From the IMG/VR virus record IMGVR_UViG_3300050019_000387: a stretch of DNA of 20,000 nt; one strand, given 5' to 3'. The position numbers were made by a program, and so were the translations under genes. Below the pieces are notes generated by a model. That model was not told the origin of the DNA and made no database searches. It was given only the letters and a program-made list of their open reading frames with translations. Shown in pieces: positions 1-7,868 of this stretch (its first letter is position 1; each line of letters starts with the position of its first letter). This DNA is from an uncultured virus (IMG/VR IMGVR_UViG_3300050019_000387). Taxonomy: Duplodnaviria; Heunggongvirae; Uroviricota; Caudoviricetes.

Positions 1-208
1 CGAGCTCGCCGGGGACCAGCCAGCCGACGCCGCGCGGGCTGTCGGTCAGCTCGACGGACTGGCTTATGGCGAGGATGTCCACCTCGCCGTCGACGCGGTC
101 CTGGGTGATGGTCGTCGCCAATGCGACGACGCTGCCCGGCGAGGATGCGTCGCGCTGGGCGGCCGGGGTCGGGGCGTGTGTCGGGTTGGGGATGGTCAGG
201 GTGTTCAT
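1..208 (-). CDS. Hypothetical protein, N-terminal part (runs off window)
   Basis: ATG at 208 preceded by GGAGG. Reads MNTLTIPNPTHAPTP...ITQDRVDGEVDILAISQSVELTDSPRGVGWLVPGEL and is open to position 1. Confidence 0.7.
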   Translation of the reverse strand, partial: MNTLTIPNPTHAPTPAAQRDASSPGSVVALATTITQDRVDGEVDILAISQSVELTDSPRGVGWLVPGEL

Positions 209-272
209 TTGGAACCTCCGTGTTGTTGGTGGCGCCTTGTTGGCGCGGAATTGGATGTGCTGCGTGGCGCGA

Positions 273-773
273 TCAGGCGCCGGTGCGCAGCGCGCGGGCG
301 AGCAGCCGCTCGCCGCTCTGGATCGCTTCGCGGACCTCGCGGTTTCCTTCCTGGTGCTCCTCGGCGACGTCGAGGAGCAGGCGCAGCGCGCCCCGCTCGC
401 CGGGCCCCAGCGCGACGGGCTGCAAAGTGCCCTCGTCGGGGAGGTCCGGCGCGAAGGTGATCACGACCGTGTTGGTGGCCTCGTGGCGGGTGTTGGTGTC
501 GAGGTCGATGATCGCTTCGGGGCGTTCGCGGATCTCGCTGGAGGCGAGCTCGCTGAGCGTCGCGAGCAGCTCGCGGGGGCTGTCGTCGCAGAACAGCGTG
601 CGTTCGTCGGCGTGCTCGGTGATCGCGACGTATCGCGGGCACTCGATCGCTTCGGGGTCGTTGGTCGGCTGCTCGAGGAGTTCCTCGATGTCACCGCGGC
701 CGTAGCTCTGTGTCGTGTGGGTCTCGGCGAGCTGGCGCAGGCGCGCGAGCCGCTGCTGGTAGTTGGTGGGCAT
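273..773 (-). CDS. Hypothetical protein (166 aa), paralogue of 13028-13633
   Basis: AAGGAGG RBS before ATG 773 (MPTNYQQRLARL). Shares CPxY, ASEI and DLDT motifs with 13028-13633. Confidence 0.85.
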   Translation of the reverse strand: MPTNYQQRLARLRQLAETHTTQSYGRGDIEELLEQPTNDPEAIECPRYVAITEHADERTLFCDDSPRELLATLSELASSEIRERPEAIIDLDTNTRHEATNTVVITFAPDLPDEGTLQPVALGPGERGALRLLLDVAEEHQEGNREVREAIQSGERLLARALRTGA

Positions 774-851
774 GTCGTCCTCCTTGGAGTTGGGTGCACC
801 TGGGGTGCAAGTCAGGGCTGCTTGTTGAGCAGGCGCTACGACTGCGACAGC

Positions 852-877
852 GGCGGGCTGCCACCCGGCGGCTCGCC
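852..877. other. Intergenic hairpin, 11 bp
   Basis: ggcgggctgcc-accc-ggcggctcgcc, with two G.T pairs on the + strand. Confidence 0.55.
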
Positions 878-913
878 CGCGGCGTGTGTTCTCAGCCGGA
901 CGGCGCTGTGGGC

Positions 914-1315
914 TCAGAAGACAGCGAGGCCGCCGTCCTCGGCGGCGCGCAGCGCGAGGACCGCGATAGTCGCGGCGAAATCGAGGCCAGGCGCGGGGTC
1001 GATCCCGTCGATCGGGAGGTAGCAGGCGACTATGTCCTCTGCGGTGGCCGACCGTAGTGCGCGGGCGACCGTGGCGCATTGGTCGGGCGCGAGGTCTCCG
1101 GGCCCGGGTGGCGGCGCGACGCCCTGACTGAAGATGTGCTTGGGCAGATGCGGTGCGAGCCGCTCGAGCAGCGCGTCAAGGAACCACGCGTCTACATTCC
1201 CGCCGCGCCAGGCTCGGCCGTCGGCCGTCGCTGTGCGGTAGCGCTCGAGGCGGTCGGGGTCTTTCTTGTCGTGTAGCGCGTCGCGGATGGTGACGGTGGT
1301 GACACTGATGCCCAT
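914..1315 (-). CDS. Hypothetical protein (133 aa; alternative in-frame TTG start at 1399)
   Basis: GAGGAG RBS before ATG 1315 (MGISVTTVTIRDAL). A second RBS, GAAAGGAGG, precedes the in-frame TTG at 1399. Confidence 0.8.
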   Translation of the reverse strand: MGISVTTVTIRDALHDKKDPDRLERYRTATADGRAWRGGNVDAWFLDALLERLAPHLPKHIFSQGVAPPPGPGDLAPDQCATVARALRSATAEDIVACYLPIDGIDPAPGLDFAATIAVLALRAAEDGGLAVF

Positions 1316-1434
1316 GATGGGTCTCCTCTCAGGTTGTGTCGGCGCAGCCGCGGCATTGCGCTGATGGCTGGTTGAAGCGGTCGTCGCGGTGAAGGACAAC
1401 TTGAACCTCCTTTCTGTGATCGTCGGCTGGGGGC

Positions 1435-1665
1435 TTACTCCTTGTTTGTTTGCTTGTCGTGGGTGGCGGCCTCTTGCTGGCTGCGCTCGCAGCGCCCGCA
1501 TGCCTCGTCGGGGTAGTTCGTCCACGGGTGGTCGTGCTCGGGCTTGGGCTGGCAGGTCCAGCGCAACCCTGCTCGCTCAGCGAGGGTGTTGAGGATCGCC
1601 AGCTCGTCGTCTTTGGCGACTTCGTACATCTGCGCGACTTGGTCGCGGTCGAGTACCAGGGTCAT
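1435..1665 (-). CDS. Small hypothetical protein (76 aa), possible Cys/His metal site
   Basis: AAGGAG RBS. ATG overlaps the upstream TGA (ATGA). Contains WTC...HDHPW...CGRC. Confidence 0.75.
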   Translation of the reverse strand: MTLVLDRDQVAQMYEVAKDDELAILNTLAERAGLRWTCQPKPEHDHPWTNYPDEACGRCERSQQEAATHDKQTNKE

Positions 1666-2054
1666 ATTCTGCTGCTCCTTTTCGCACGCGTGCGTGGCGT
1701 GTCGCGTTGCTGGTTGGTGGTGTTCAGTGGACTGGCGTGAGGTACGGTGCTCGCGGCGTAGCGTTGCTCGGCCCACGCGAGCAGTTCGGTTGCGTCCTTT
1801 GCATCAGCGGCGGTCGGGTACACGAGCGAGTTCGCGGCGACGGTGAAGCACGCGAGCGGGAGCTGTTGCTCGCCTACTGCCGCACGCCACGTCTCGGCGA
1901 GGGTGATTGCGGCGCGGGCTGCGTCGCGCGGATCGTCGTGGCTTTCGATGGGATCGCTGAGCGCTCCGGGACTCATGAAGTCAAGCTCGGTGGCGATCTC
2001 GACGGCGAACGCGCCGTCGTCGTAGATGTAGCTTTGGCGGGAGACGTAGAACAC
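1662..2054 (-). CDS. Hypothetical protein (130 aa)
   Basis: GAAAGGAG RBS before GTG 2054 (MFYVSRQSYIYDDGAFAVEI). Translationally coupled to the next gene. Confidence 0.8.
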   Translation of the reverse strand: MFYVSRQSYIYDDGAFAVEIATELDFMSPGALSDPIESHDDPRDAARAAITLAETWRAAVGEQQLPLACFTVAANSLVYPTAADAKDATELLAWAEQRYAASTVPHASPLNTTNQQRDTPRTRAKRSSRI

Positions 2055-2247
2055 GCCCGCTCCTTTCGCTGTCAGGGATCTTCGGGCCCGGCGCGCCGTG
2101 GTTAGGGGCGCCTGTCGGTCTGTCCGGTTCTGGGTTGTTGCGCTGGCTGGCCGCAGGACGCTTGCAGCTAGCGCGCGTCGTGCCGGGGCTGGCGCCGCAG
2201 CAACTGAGCCGGTCTCGCGCACAGCGCGAGGTTGGTGGTCTCGCTGC

Positions 2248-2652
2248 TCAGCTGGCGAGAGCGCGCAGCTCGGCGAGCAGCCCGCCGAGCGTGTCCTGGT
2301 TGCTCTGCTCGTCGGCGGTGAGGGTCTGCTCGAGCAGTTCGATCGCGCGCCGGATTCTGGCGCGGTCAACGATCAGCGGAGTGTCGATCGGGTCGGCCGC
2401 CCACTCCTTGGGCAGTCGGTTGAGCTCGGCGAAATGCCAGTGCTCGCGGTGCAGCTCACGGCAGTCCAGAGCGACTTCCTCGATGTCGAGCAGCGGGCCG
2501 TAGGCGTGTGTGCCCTCGGCGCCCTCACCGACGAGCAGCATGAGGGCGCCGCGTTCTGTGCCGCTCGGGTTGCCGGGTGTGCTCGGCGCTCTCGGCTGTG
2601 CGGCGAGCGCCGGGTTTCTTGTGGTCCTGCAGTCCATGTGTGTATCCGCCAT
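2248..2652 (-). CDS. Hypothetical protein (134 aa), probably also translated independently from an internal RBS
   Basis: GAAAGGAG RBS before ATG 2652 (MADTHMDC...GALMLLVGEG...DTLGGLLAELRALAS). Confidence 0.6.
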   Translation of the reverse strand: MADTHMDCRTTRNPALAAQPRAPSTPGNPSGTERGALMLLVGEGAEGTHAYGPLLDIEEVALDCRELHREHWHFAELNRLPKEWAADPIDTPLIVDRARIRRAIELLEQTLTADEQSNQDTLGGLLAELRALAS

Positions 2653-3177
2653 GGGGTGGCTCCTTTCTTTGTTGCAGAGGTATTTGCGGCTCGCCGCGGC
2701 GGGTGCCCCGATCGAGATTTCACTCAACGGCGGGATCGGGTTCTGTTTCAACTCGTCCGGCAGTTTTTGCACCCACGCCACGCCCTCATCGGTCTGCAAC
2801 CCGTGGCTGATCGTCATCTCCGGCTCGTAGTCGTGGGCGTACCGGAGCAGCTTTGTCGCGACACCTCGCCCTCGAGCGTCCGGGTTGACTTCGACGTGCG
2901 CGATCACAGCGTCCTTGCCCGTAGTGTTGAGCGATAGGAGTCCTAGCCGTTCACCAGTCTGGGGATCCTCTGCGCTGAAGGTGTAGTTGTAGCCGCCGGG
3001 TACAGTGTCGCCGCCAGTGCTGAAGTGCAGCCCGTATCGGGCATCTTCCTCGGCCGGGGTCCACTGCCACGCGGGGTTGATCTTTGGCGTCGTCGCCGCT
3101 ACGGGGGCTGTGTCGTGCTCGGCGAGCGCGTTGAGCGGCTCGCGCGTGCGCTTGGCCGCGAGGTCATCGGGAAGCAT
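2248..3177 (-). CDS. GNAT-family N-acetyltransferase fused in frame to an unknown C-terminal module (309 aa)
   Basis: GGAAAGGA RBS before ATG 3177. Acetyl-CoA motif A (VIAHVEVNPDARGRGVATKLLRYA) and downstream T-D-E-G-x-x-W. No stop before the internal start at 2652. Confidence 0.75.
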   Translation of the reverse strand: MLPDDLAAKRTREPLNALAEHDTAPVAATTPKINPAWQWTPAEEDARYGLHFSTGGDTVPGGYNYTFSAEDPQTGERLGLLSLNTTGKDAVIAHVEVNPDARGRGVATKLLRYAHDYEPEMTISHGLQTDEGVAWVQKLPDELKQNPIPPLSEISIGAPAAASRKYLCNKERSHPMADTHMDCRTTRNPALAAQPRAPSTPGNPSGTERGALMLLVGEGAEGTHAYGPLLDIEEVALDCRELHREHWHFAELNRLPKEWAADPIDTPLIVDRARIRRAIELLEQTLTADEQSNQDTLGGLLAELRALAS

Positions 3178-3214
3178 CGGTGTCCTTTCCGTGTAGGAGG
3201 TGTGTCGGGGGCGG

Positions 3215-4120
3215 TTAGATGCCGAGGGCGAGCTGGACGTCGCGGGCCGGGGGGTGGCGTGCCTGCTCAGCGGCAAGCAGGTCGCGCTCGCGCCGATGGG
3301 CGGCGAGGAGTCCCTCAAGGTCAGCGACTTGCCAGTCGCGCTCGCGGACTCGGGTTCGGATCTCCTCGGCGAGCCGGTCGGCGCTGCCGGCGGCCTTGAC
3401 TGCCCACATGAACTCGCGCTCGTGATCGGCGACCCTCAGCAGCCCGGCGTCGTGTAGGGCGGTGAGGGCCTGGTAGTCGGGGTTGGTGTGCGCGAGCAAC
3501 CAGGGCGTTCCGACCCCACTTTCGCTGGCGGATGTCGGCTTCGGCCACGCGCGGCGCAGCGCGTCGGGGAGGTCTTTGAGCGTTCGCTGCCTGCTGCCGG
3601 CGGGCCTCCAGGCGGGGCCAGCGACGGGGATCTGCAACAGCTCGCCGGTGTGTACGTCGAGAACTTCCCGCTCCTCGCAGCTGCCGCCGAGGTAGCAGAC
3701 GAGGCGCTCACCGTGGTCTCTGTGCTCAAGGCGCCAGATGCTGTAGAGCGAGCCAGGCCCGCTGTCGGGCCACGGCAGGTAGCGATCTCCCCAACGGCGA
3801 GTCCACATCGGCGCTGCCCCGCACGCGGGCCGTGGGATTTCGCACTCCTGACGCTTGCCTTCCCCGTCCCCGTATTCCCACGGGGTGAAGCTCATGCCGC
3901 GAAGCCCGTCTCCGGGGCGGTGGCGCTGCTTGCAGGTACCGCATGCGTACAGGCCCTGCTCGTCGGTCAAGGGCACCGGGCAGCGGCCGGGGTCCTCGAC
4001 ATCGATGAACGTGCCGCCCAGACCCCACGCCGGTGTGACCTGGCCGTTGGTGTGCTCGCGCCAGTAGTGGCCGTGGGGGCAGCGGTGCTCGAGCGTGTCG
4101 TTGCTAAAAACGTCGCTCAT
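3215..4120 (-). CDS. Cys/His-rich putative zinc-binding protein (301 aa)
   Basis: ATG overlaps the upstream stop (TGATG). Contains CPHGH, RCP, CGTCKQRH and ECE..AC. C-terminus is QLALGI. Confidence 0.8.
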   Translation of the reverse strand: MSDVFSNDTLEHRCPHGHYWREHTNGQVTPAWGLGGTFIDVEDPGRCPVPLTDEQGLYACGTCKQRHRPGDGLRGMSFTPWEYGDGEGKRQECEIPRPACGAAPMWTRRWGDRYLPWPDSGPGSLYSIWRLEHRDHGERLVCYLGGSCEEREVLDVHTGELLQIPVAGPAWRPAGSRQRTLKDLPDALRRAWPKPTSASESGVGTPWLLAHTNPDYQALTALHDAGLLRVADHEREFMWAVKAAGSADRLAEEIRTRVRERDWQVADLEGLLAAHRRERDLLAAEQARHPPARDVQLALGI

Positions 4121-4842
4121 CAGGTGTGCTCGATCAGCCGGCGGACGAGCGTGTCAAGGTCGCTTGCTGCGAGCGCGCCGATGAATGCTTGGCGTGTGAT
4201 GGGGTCTAGCCCGTGGCGCTCGGCGGCTTCGAGCAGCAGCTCGCCGACGCGCGTAGCGGCGATGGTGAGGGAGTCGCTGACGGCGGTTGCGGTGCGTGTG
4301 CCGTCGACGGCGAGCGACAGCCACCCATCGAGGGTCTCGGCGAGCTCGTAGAGGGCGTCGTGCTCGGCGTCGTTGCTCTCGCCGTCCAGTGCGCGTTGGG
4401 CGCTCGCGAGCGCGGCAGCGATCTCAGCGGCGCCGATCAGTAGCGAGGGGGTGCCGTCGAGTGGCGTCACGGCCAGTGCGACGGCGGAGGCGATCATGTC
4501 GAGCATCCCCTGGATGTGCGCGTCTTCGTCGTAGCGCAGCACGCCAAAGAGGAGCTGCGGGGTCGGCAACTCGTGATCGATCGCGACTGTCTCGACGCGG
4601 TATGAGGGGCCGCGCTCACCGGGGATGGGTGGTGCGGCACGCTCGAAGACCTCGCCACAGAGCCTGATCGAGCAGTGGCGCGGCTGGAAGTTGCAGGCGA
4701 TCGCGAAGAGCGTCGTGTGGTCGGAGCCACGACGGACGTAGACCGTGTGGTGTGTGATGAGGCACTCGACGTTCTCGGCTCCGGGGCCGGCGGTCGCGGC
4801 ACGCTCGATTCGGTCGAGCAGCTGCGATTCAAAACTCTCCAT
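4120..4842 (-). CDS. Hypothetical protein (240 aa)
   Basis: GAAAGGA RBS before ATG 4842. Coding-like composition. Helical C-terminal segment ALDGESNDAEHDALYELAETL. Confidence 0.8.
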   Translation of the reverse strand: MESFESQLLDRIERAATAGPGAENVECLITHHTVYVRRGSDHTTLFAIACNFQPRHCSIRLCGEVFERAAPPIPGERGPSYRVETVAIDHELPTPQLLFGVLRYDEDAHIQGMLDMIASAVALAVTPLDGTPSLLIGAAEIAAALASAQRALDGESNDAEHDALYELAETLDGWLSLAVDGTRTATAVSDSLTIAATRVGELLLEAAERHGLDPITRQAFIGALAASDLDTLVRRLIEHT

Positions 4843-4891
4843 GTGATTCCTTTCGCTAGGGCGTCGGCGGGTGCGCCGACATGGAGCGGTT

Positions 4892-4923
4892 CGGCGTGCC
4901 GAGGCACGGTGCCCGGCACGCCG
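4892..4923. terminator. GC-rich hairpin just downstream of the 4929-5357 stop; possible intrinsic terminator without U tract
   Basis: cggcgtgccg...cggcacgccg is a perfect 10 bp inverted repeat with an inner ggcac/gtgcc pairing. Confidence 0.45.
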
Positions 4924-4928
4924 TGGTG

Positions 4929-5357
4929 TCAGCGTCTGGCGGCGGCAAAGCGCTCGGCGACTACCTCGGACGCTGGTCGCTCTTCGGACGCGAGGACGGC
5001 TTCGAGCGCGACTTCGACGCCGCCGAGCGTGTCGTGGTCGTCGGGGCAGATCTTGCTGACCGCAGCCCTAAGCAACAGGTCGATGAGCCTGTGGCTGTCG
5101 GCCACTGTTGGGCGTGGGTACTCGCCGGGCGTGAGGGCGCCCGGGGGTGCGCTCACGGCGTCAAGCGCGATTTGGAAGCCCCTGCGCCTCGCGCGGTCGC
5201 TCGGCTCGAGTTCTGAGTCGGGGAGCTCGCGAGGCTCACTGGTCTCTGGGTCGACGATCTCGCGGGGCTCGACCGATCCGTCGGCTCCTATCAGCATCAG
5301 CACGATCAGCTCTTGCGGGTCCTCGCTGGCGAGCCGCAGGCGGGGGAACTCAGGCAT
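4929..5357 (-). CDS. Hypothetical protein (142 aa)
   Basis: GAAGGA RBS before ATG 5357. Has a DTLGG motif like 2248-2652. Confidence 0.8.
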   Translation of the reverse strand: MPEFPRLRLASEDPQELIVLMLIGADGSVEPREIVDPETSEPRELPDSELEPSDRARRRGFQIALDAVSAPPGALTPGEYPRPTVADSHRLIDLLLRAAVSKICPDDHDTLGGVEVALEAVLASEERPASEVVAERFAAARR

Positions 5358-5502
5358 GTGTTTTCCTTCCCTTGGGGACGAGGTGTTTGGCGGCCGTCAT
5401 CGGCGCGCTGGGTTGAAGTGCGGCTGGTAGTCGGGGCCGCGGCGTTCGCGGCTCAGTCGGCCGCGCGGGTTCTCTCATCAGCACCGCCGGGTCCGCGCAG
5501 GC

Positions 5503-5571
5503 GCGGGTTTGACCTATACGGCGGCGGCTACGGCTCGAAGATCGGCGGCGTGTCGGAGATTTCAAACCCGC
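5503..5571. repeat. 10 bp perfect inverted repeat with 49 nt spacer
   Basis: gcgggtttga (5503-5512) and tcaaacccgc (5562-5571). Confidence 0.7.
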
Positions 5572-5645
5572 CCACACGGGCGATCTGCGCCAGCTGCTGG
5601 CGTGGGTGTGGTGCGCGCGCTACTTCGGCGCATCGTTTCGCGGGC

Positions 5646-6209
5646 TCAGTTCGCGTGGGGGTCCTCCGCGGTGGCGCGCAGCCCGGCGCCTGCGACATGG
5701 CCCTCGTCGCCCGCGAACTGGGGGTGGTTGTTGGTGACCCACAGTGCGAGCGTCTGCAGTGCGATCCGTTCGAGCGGGTGGGTCTGACCGGGGGCCATGT
5801 CGCCGGGGATTCCCGGCAGCAGCGTGGCGACGCGCTCCCAGAAAGCGTCGAGCGCGCTCTCGGTGATCTGGCTCACCACCTTGATCGACATCTCCGAACT
5901 GAGGAGGAACTCGCCGACCTCGCCGAAGTAGATCGGCTGGTTGACGTCCCCGTGGCCGATCGAGCCGTCCTCGCGGAGCGCGAACACCTCTCCGTGCGGG
6001 TAATGGTGAGCGCCGTCCTCGACGACCGCGAAATACTCGCCGTACCCGTCGAGGGCCACGTGCAGCGTACTGGTGGGCGGCAGGTGCTCAGTGAGCGTGG
6101 TGAGCGTGGCCATGAGCCGACTCGGCGGTGTCCCGGCGAGCCGGGCCCCGTCTCCGAGGTACTTCTCGGCCTCGGCAACGTCGGCGATGACTGAGATGCG
6201 TGCAGGCAT
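5646..6209 (-). CDS. Hypothetical protein (187 aa)
   Basis: GAAAGGA RBS before ATG 6209. C-terminal part reads ALDAFWERVATLLPGIPGDMAPG...LWVTNNHP. Confidence 0.8.
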   Translation of the reverse strand: MPARISVIADVAEAEKYLGDGARLAGTPPSRLMATLTTLTEHLPPTSTLHVALDGYGEYFAVVEDGAHHYPHGEVFALREDGSIGHGDVNQPIYFGEVGEFLLSSEMSIKVVSQITESALDAFWERVATLLPGIPGDMAPGQTHPLERIALQTLALWVTNNHPQFAGDEGHVAGAGLRATAEDPHAN

Positions 6210-6302
6210 CGGTTGGTCCTTTCATCAGGGTTGGACTACAAACGGCGCCGCGGGACACGCCGCGCGTCAGGGCGCATTCGGGTTGCTCGCGGCGGACGTG
6301 GG

Positions 6303-6608
6303 TTAGTCGAGGTCCTCGAGAAGCACCCTGGCCGTCCACGGCAGGACGTCATCGAGGGCGCGCTGCCAGCGCGACCAGTCATCCGGCCAGGCGCCGTTGA
6401 ATGGTGGGGCCGCCCAGGCGCGCACGGCGTCGCGGCAGGCGAGGATCACCCGCTCGGGGTCCTTGCTTTTGACGGCGCGGGTCAGTGCCGCCTTCTGCCG
6501 GGCAAACAGCGGTCGGCAGGCTTGGTAGTCGGGTTTGGGCGCGGCGGTGGCGCGCTGATCGCCGCGCTCTCGCGCTCGGTCGAGGATCGTTTGTACCTCG
6601 CTGGACAT
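6303..6608 (-). CDS. Hypothetical protein (101 aa)
   Basis: GAAGGAG RBS. Contains RQKAALTRAVK...GAWPDDWSRWQRALDD. Confidence 0.85.
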   Translation of the reverse strand: MSSEVQTILDRARERGDQRATAAPKPDYQACRPLFARQKAALTRAVKSKDPERVILACRDAVRAWAAPPFNGAWPDDWSRWQRALDDVLPWTARVLLEDLD

Positions 6609-6626
6609 GCTGTGTCTCCTTCTGTC

Positions 6627-7376
6627 TCAGACGTTGTGGAGCCACTGGCGCAGGCTTCTCAGCAGCGCCCGTGTTGTGCGCGTCGTCGTGGTTGTGGGAC
6701 TGGCGGTTGGCGGAGGTGTTGGCGTCTCTGCCGGCTCGCGAATGACCCATCCGCCGCCGATCGTCGGCTCGTCAGCGACGAACCCCGCTGTCCACACGAT
6801 CGTGTGACCGGCGGCGCGCAGACGGGTGAGCGCGGCCTGCCAGCGCTTCTCGTCCCAGTTGTAGATGCACGCGGCGAAGCGGCCGCTGCGGGTGCGCCCA
6901 CGGATGTGTCCCAAGGCGCGCGCGTCGTCAGCCTGCTCGCGCTCGCGGCGACTGGCCGCGTCATTGCCTTCGGCGTGTTGCAGCAGGCGCAGCATCGGAA
7001 CGAGCTGGTCGGCGCGAGCGAGCACCGCCTCGATCGCTTCAAAACACGCCGTGTCGGTCGTTGCGCCATCGGAGAGGCGATCGGCCTCGATCGGGTAGGT
7101 CGCGATCTGGCGCTTGTACGCCGGTCCCAACGGGTCGACGTGGTCCTCGCGCACAGCGATCAGCAGTGATTCGTCGCGGTCGTAGGTCACCAGTTCGACG
7201 TTGTCGGGACCGCTGATCGCGCCGCTGTCGTGCGCGTCCCGCACGCGGTCGTGAATCGCACGGGCGAGCCGGCGCGATTCGCTGAGGTGGAGCCGCGGGT
7301 CGGTTTCGTACTCGTTGGTGATGTAGCTGCGAAGCTGCTCGCGGTCGAGCCGGAACGCTTCGTCGCGTCTGCTCAT
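6627..7376 (-). CDS. Hypothetical protein (249 aa); N-terminal domain paralogous to 7446-7856
   Basis: GAAAGGA RBS. Contains EAFRL, RVRDA..GAISGP.N, RQIAT and EAIEAVL. Confidence 0.85.
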   Translation of the reverse strand: MSRRDEAFRLDREQLRSYITNEYETDPRLHLSESRRLARAIHDRVRDAHDSGAISGPDNVELVTYDRDESLLIAVREDHVDPLGPAYKRQIATYPIEADRLSDGATTDTACFEAIEAVLARADQLVPMLRLLQHAEGNDAASRREREQADDARALGHIRGRTRSGRFAACIYNWDEKRWQAALTRLRAAGHTIVWTAGFVADEPTIGGGWVIREPAETPTPPPTASPTTTTTRTTRALLRSLRQWLHNV

Positions 7377-7445
7377 GTGACGTGTCCTTTCGTCGTTGAT
7401 GGGTCGGACGCCGGTGCGACAGCACGCGCGCCGCGGGGAAGTCGC

Positions 7446-7856
7446 CTACAGGCCGGTGGCCTGCAGAGCGCGCAGCAGCGGCAGCAGTTTGGTCGCGTGT
7501 TCGAGGACCGCCTCGACGGCCTCCCGGGATGCCCGGTAGCTCCCGTCGTCGAGGATCAGTTCGCGGGTCTCGAGTGAGAACGTGGCGACCTGGCGCTGCT
7601 GGGTGCAGAGCGGTTTGGTTTCCTCGCGCACGCAGACGATGAGCGAGTCGCCGACCGCGTAGGTCTGGACCGCGGTGTTCTCGGGGCCGCTGACCGCTCC
7701 GCATTCGACAGCGTCGCGGACGCGCCGATCAAGCGCGCTGGCGAGCCCTTCTTCCTCGTAATGGTTGATGCCTTCGGCGCTGCCGTAGTCGGCGCGTACC
7801 TCGGACAGCAGTGTGCTTCGGTTGAGGCGGAACGCCTCGCGTGCTGCTCGAGCCAT
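7446..7856 (-). CDS. Hypothetical protein (136 aa), tandem paralogue of 6627-7376
   Basis: GAAAGGAG RBS. Contains EAFRL, RVRDA..GAVSGP.N, RQVAT and EAVEAVL. Confidence 0.85.
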   Translation of the reverse strand: MARAAREAFRLNRSTLLSEVRADYGSAEGINHYEEEGLASALDRRVRDAVECGAVSGPENTAVQTYAVGDSLIVCVREETKPLCTQQRQVATFSLETRELILDDGSYRASREAVEAVLEHATKLLPLLRALQATGL

Positions 7857-7868
7857 CTGGCTCTCCTT

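Noticed and set aside
5470..5485. CTGATGAG on the minus strand, resembling a hammerhead core or riboswitch motif
   Set aside because: No adjoining stem II followed by GAAA, and no other conserved riboswitch elements are visible.
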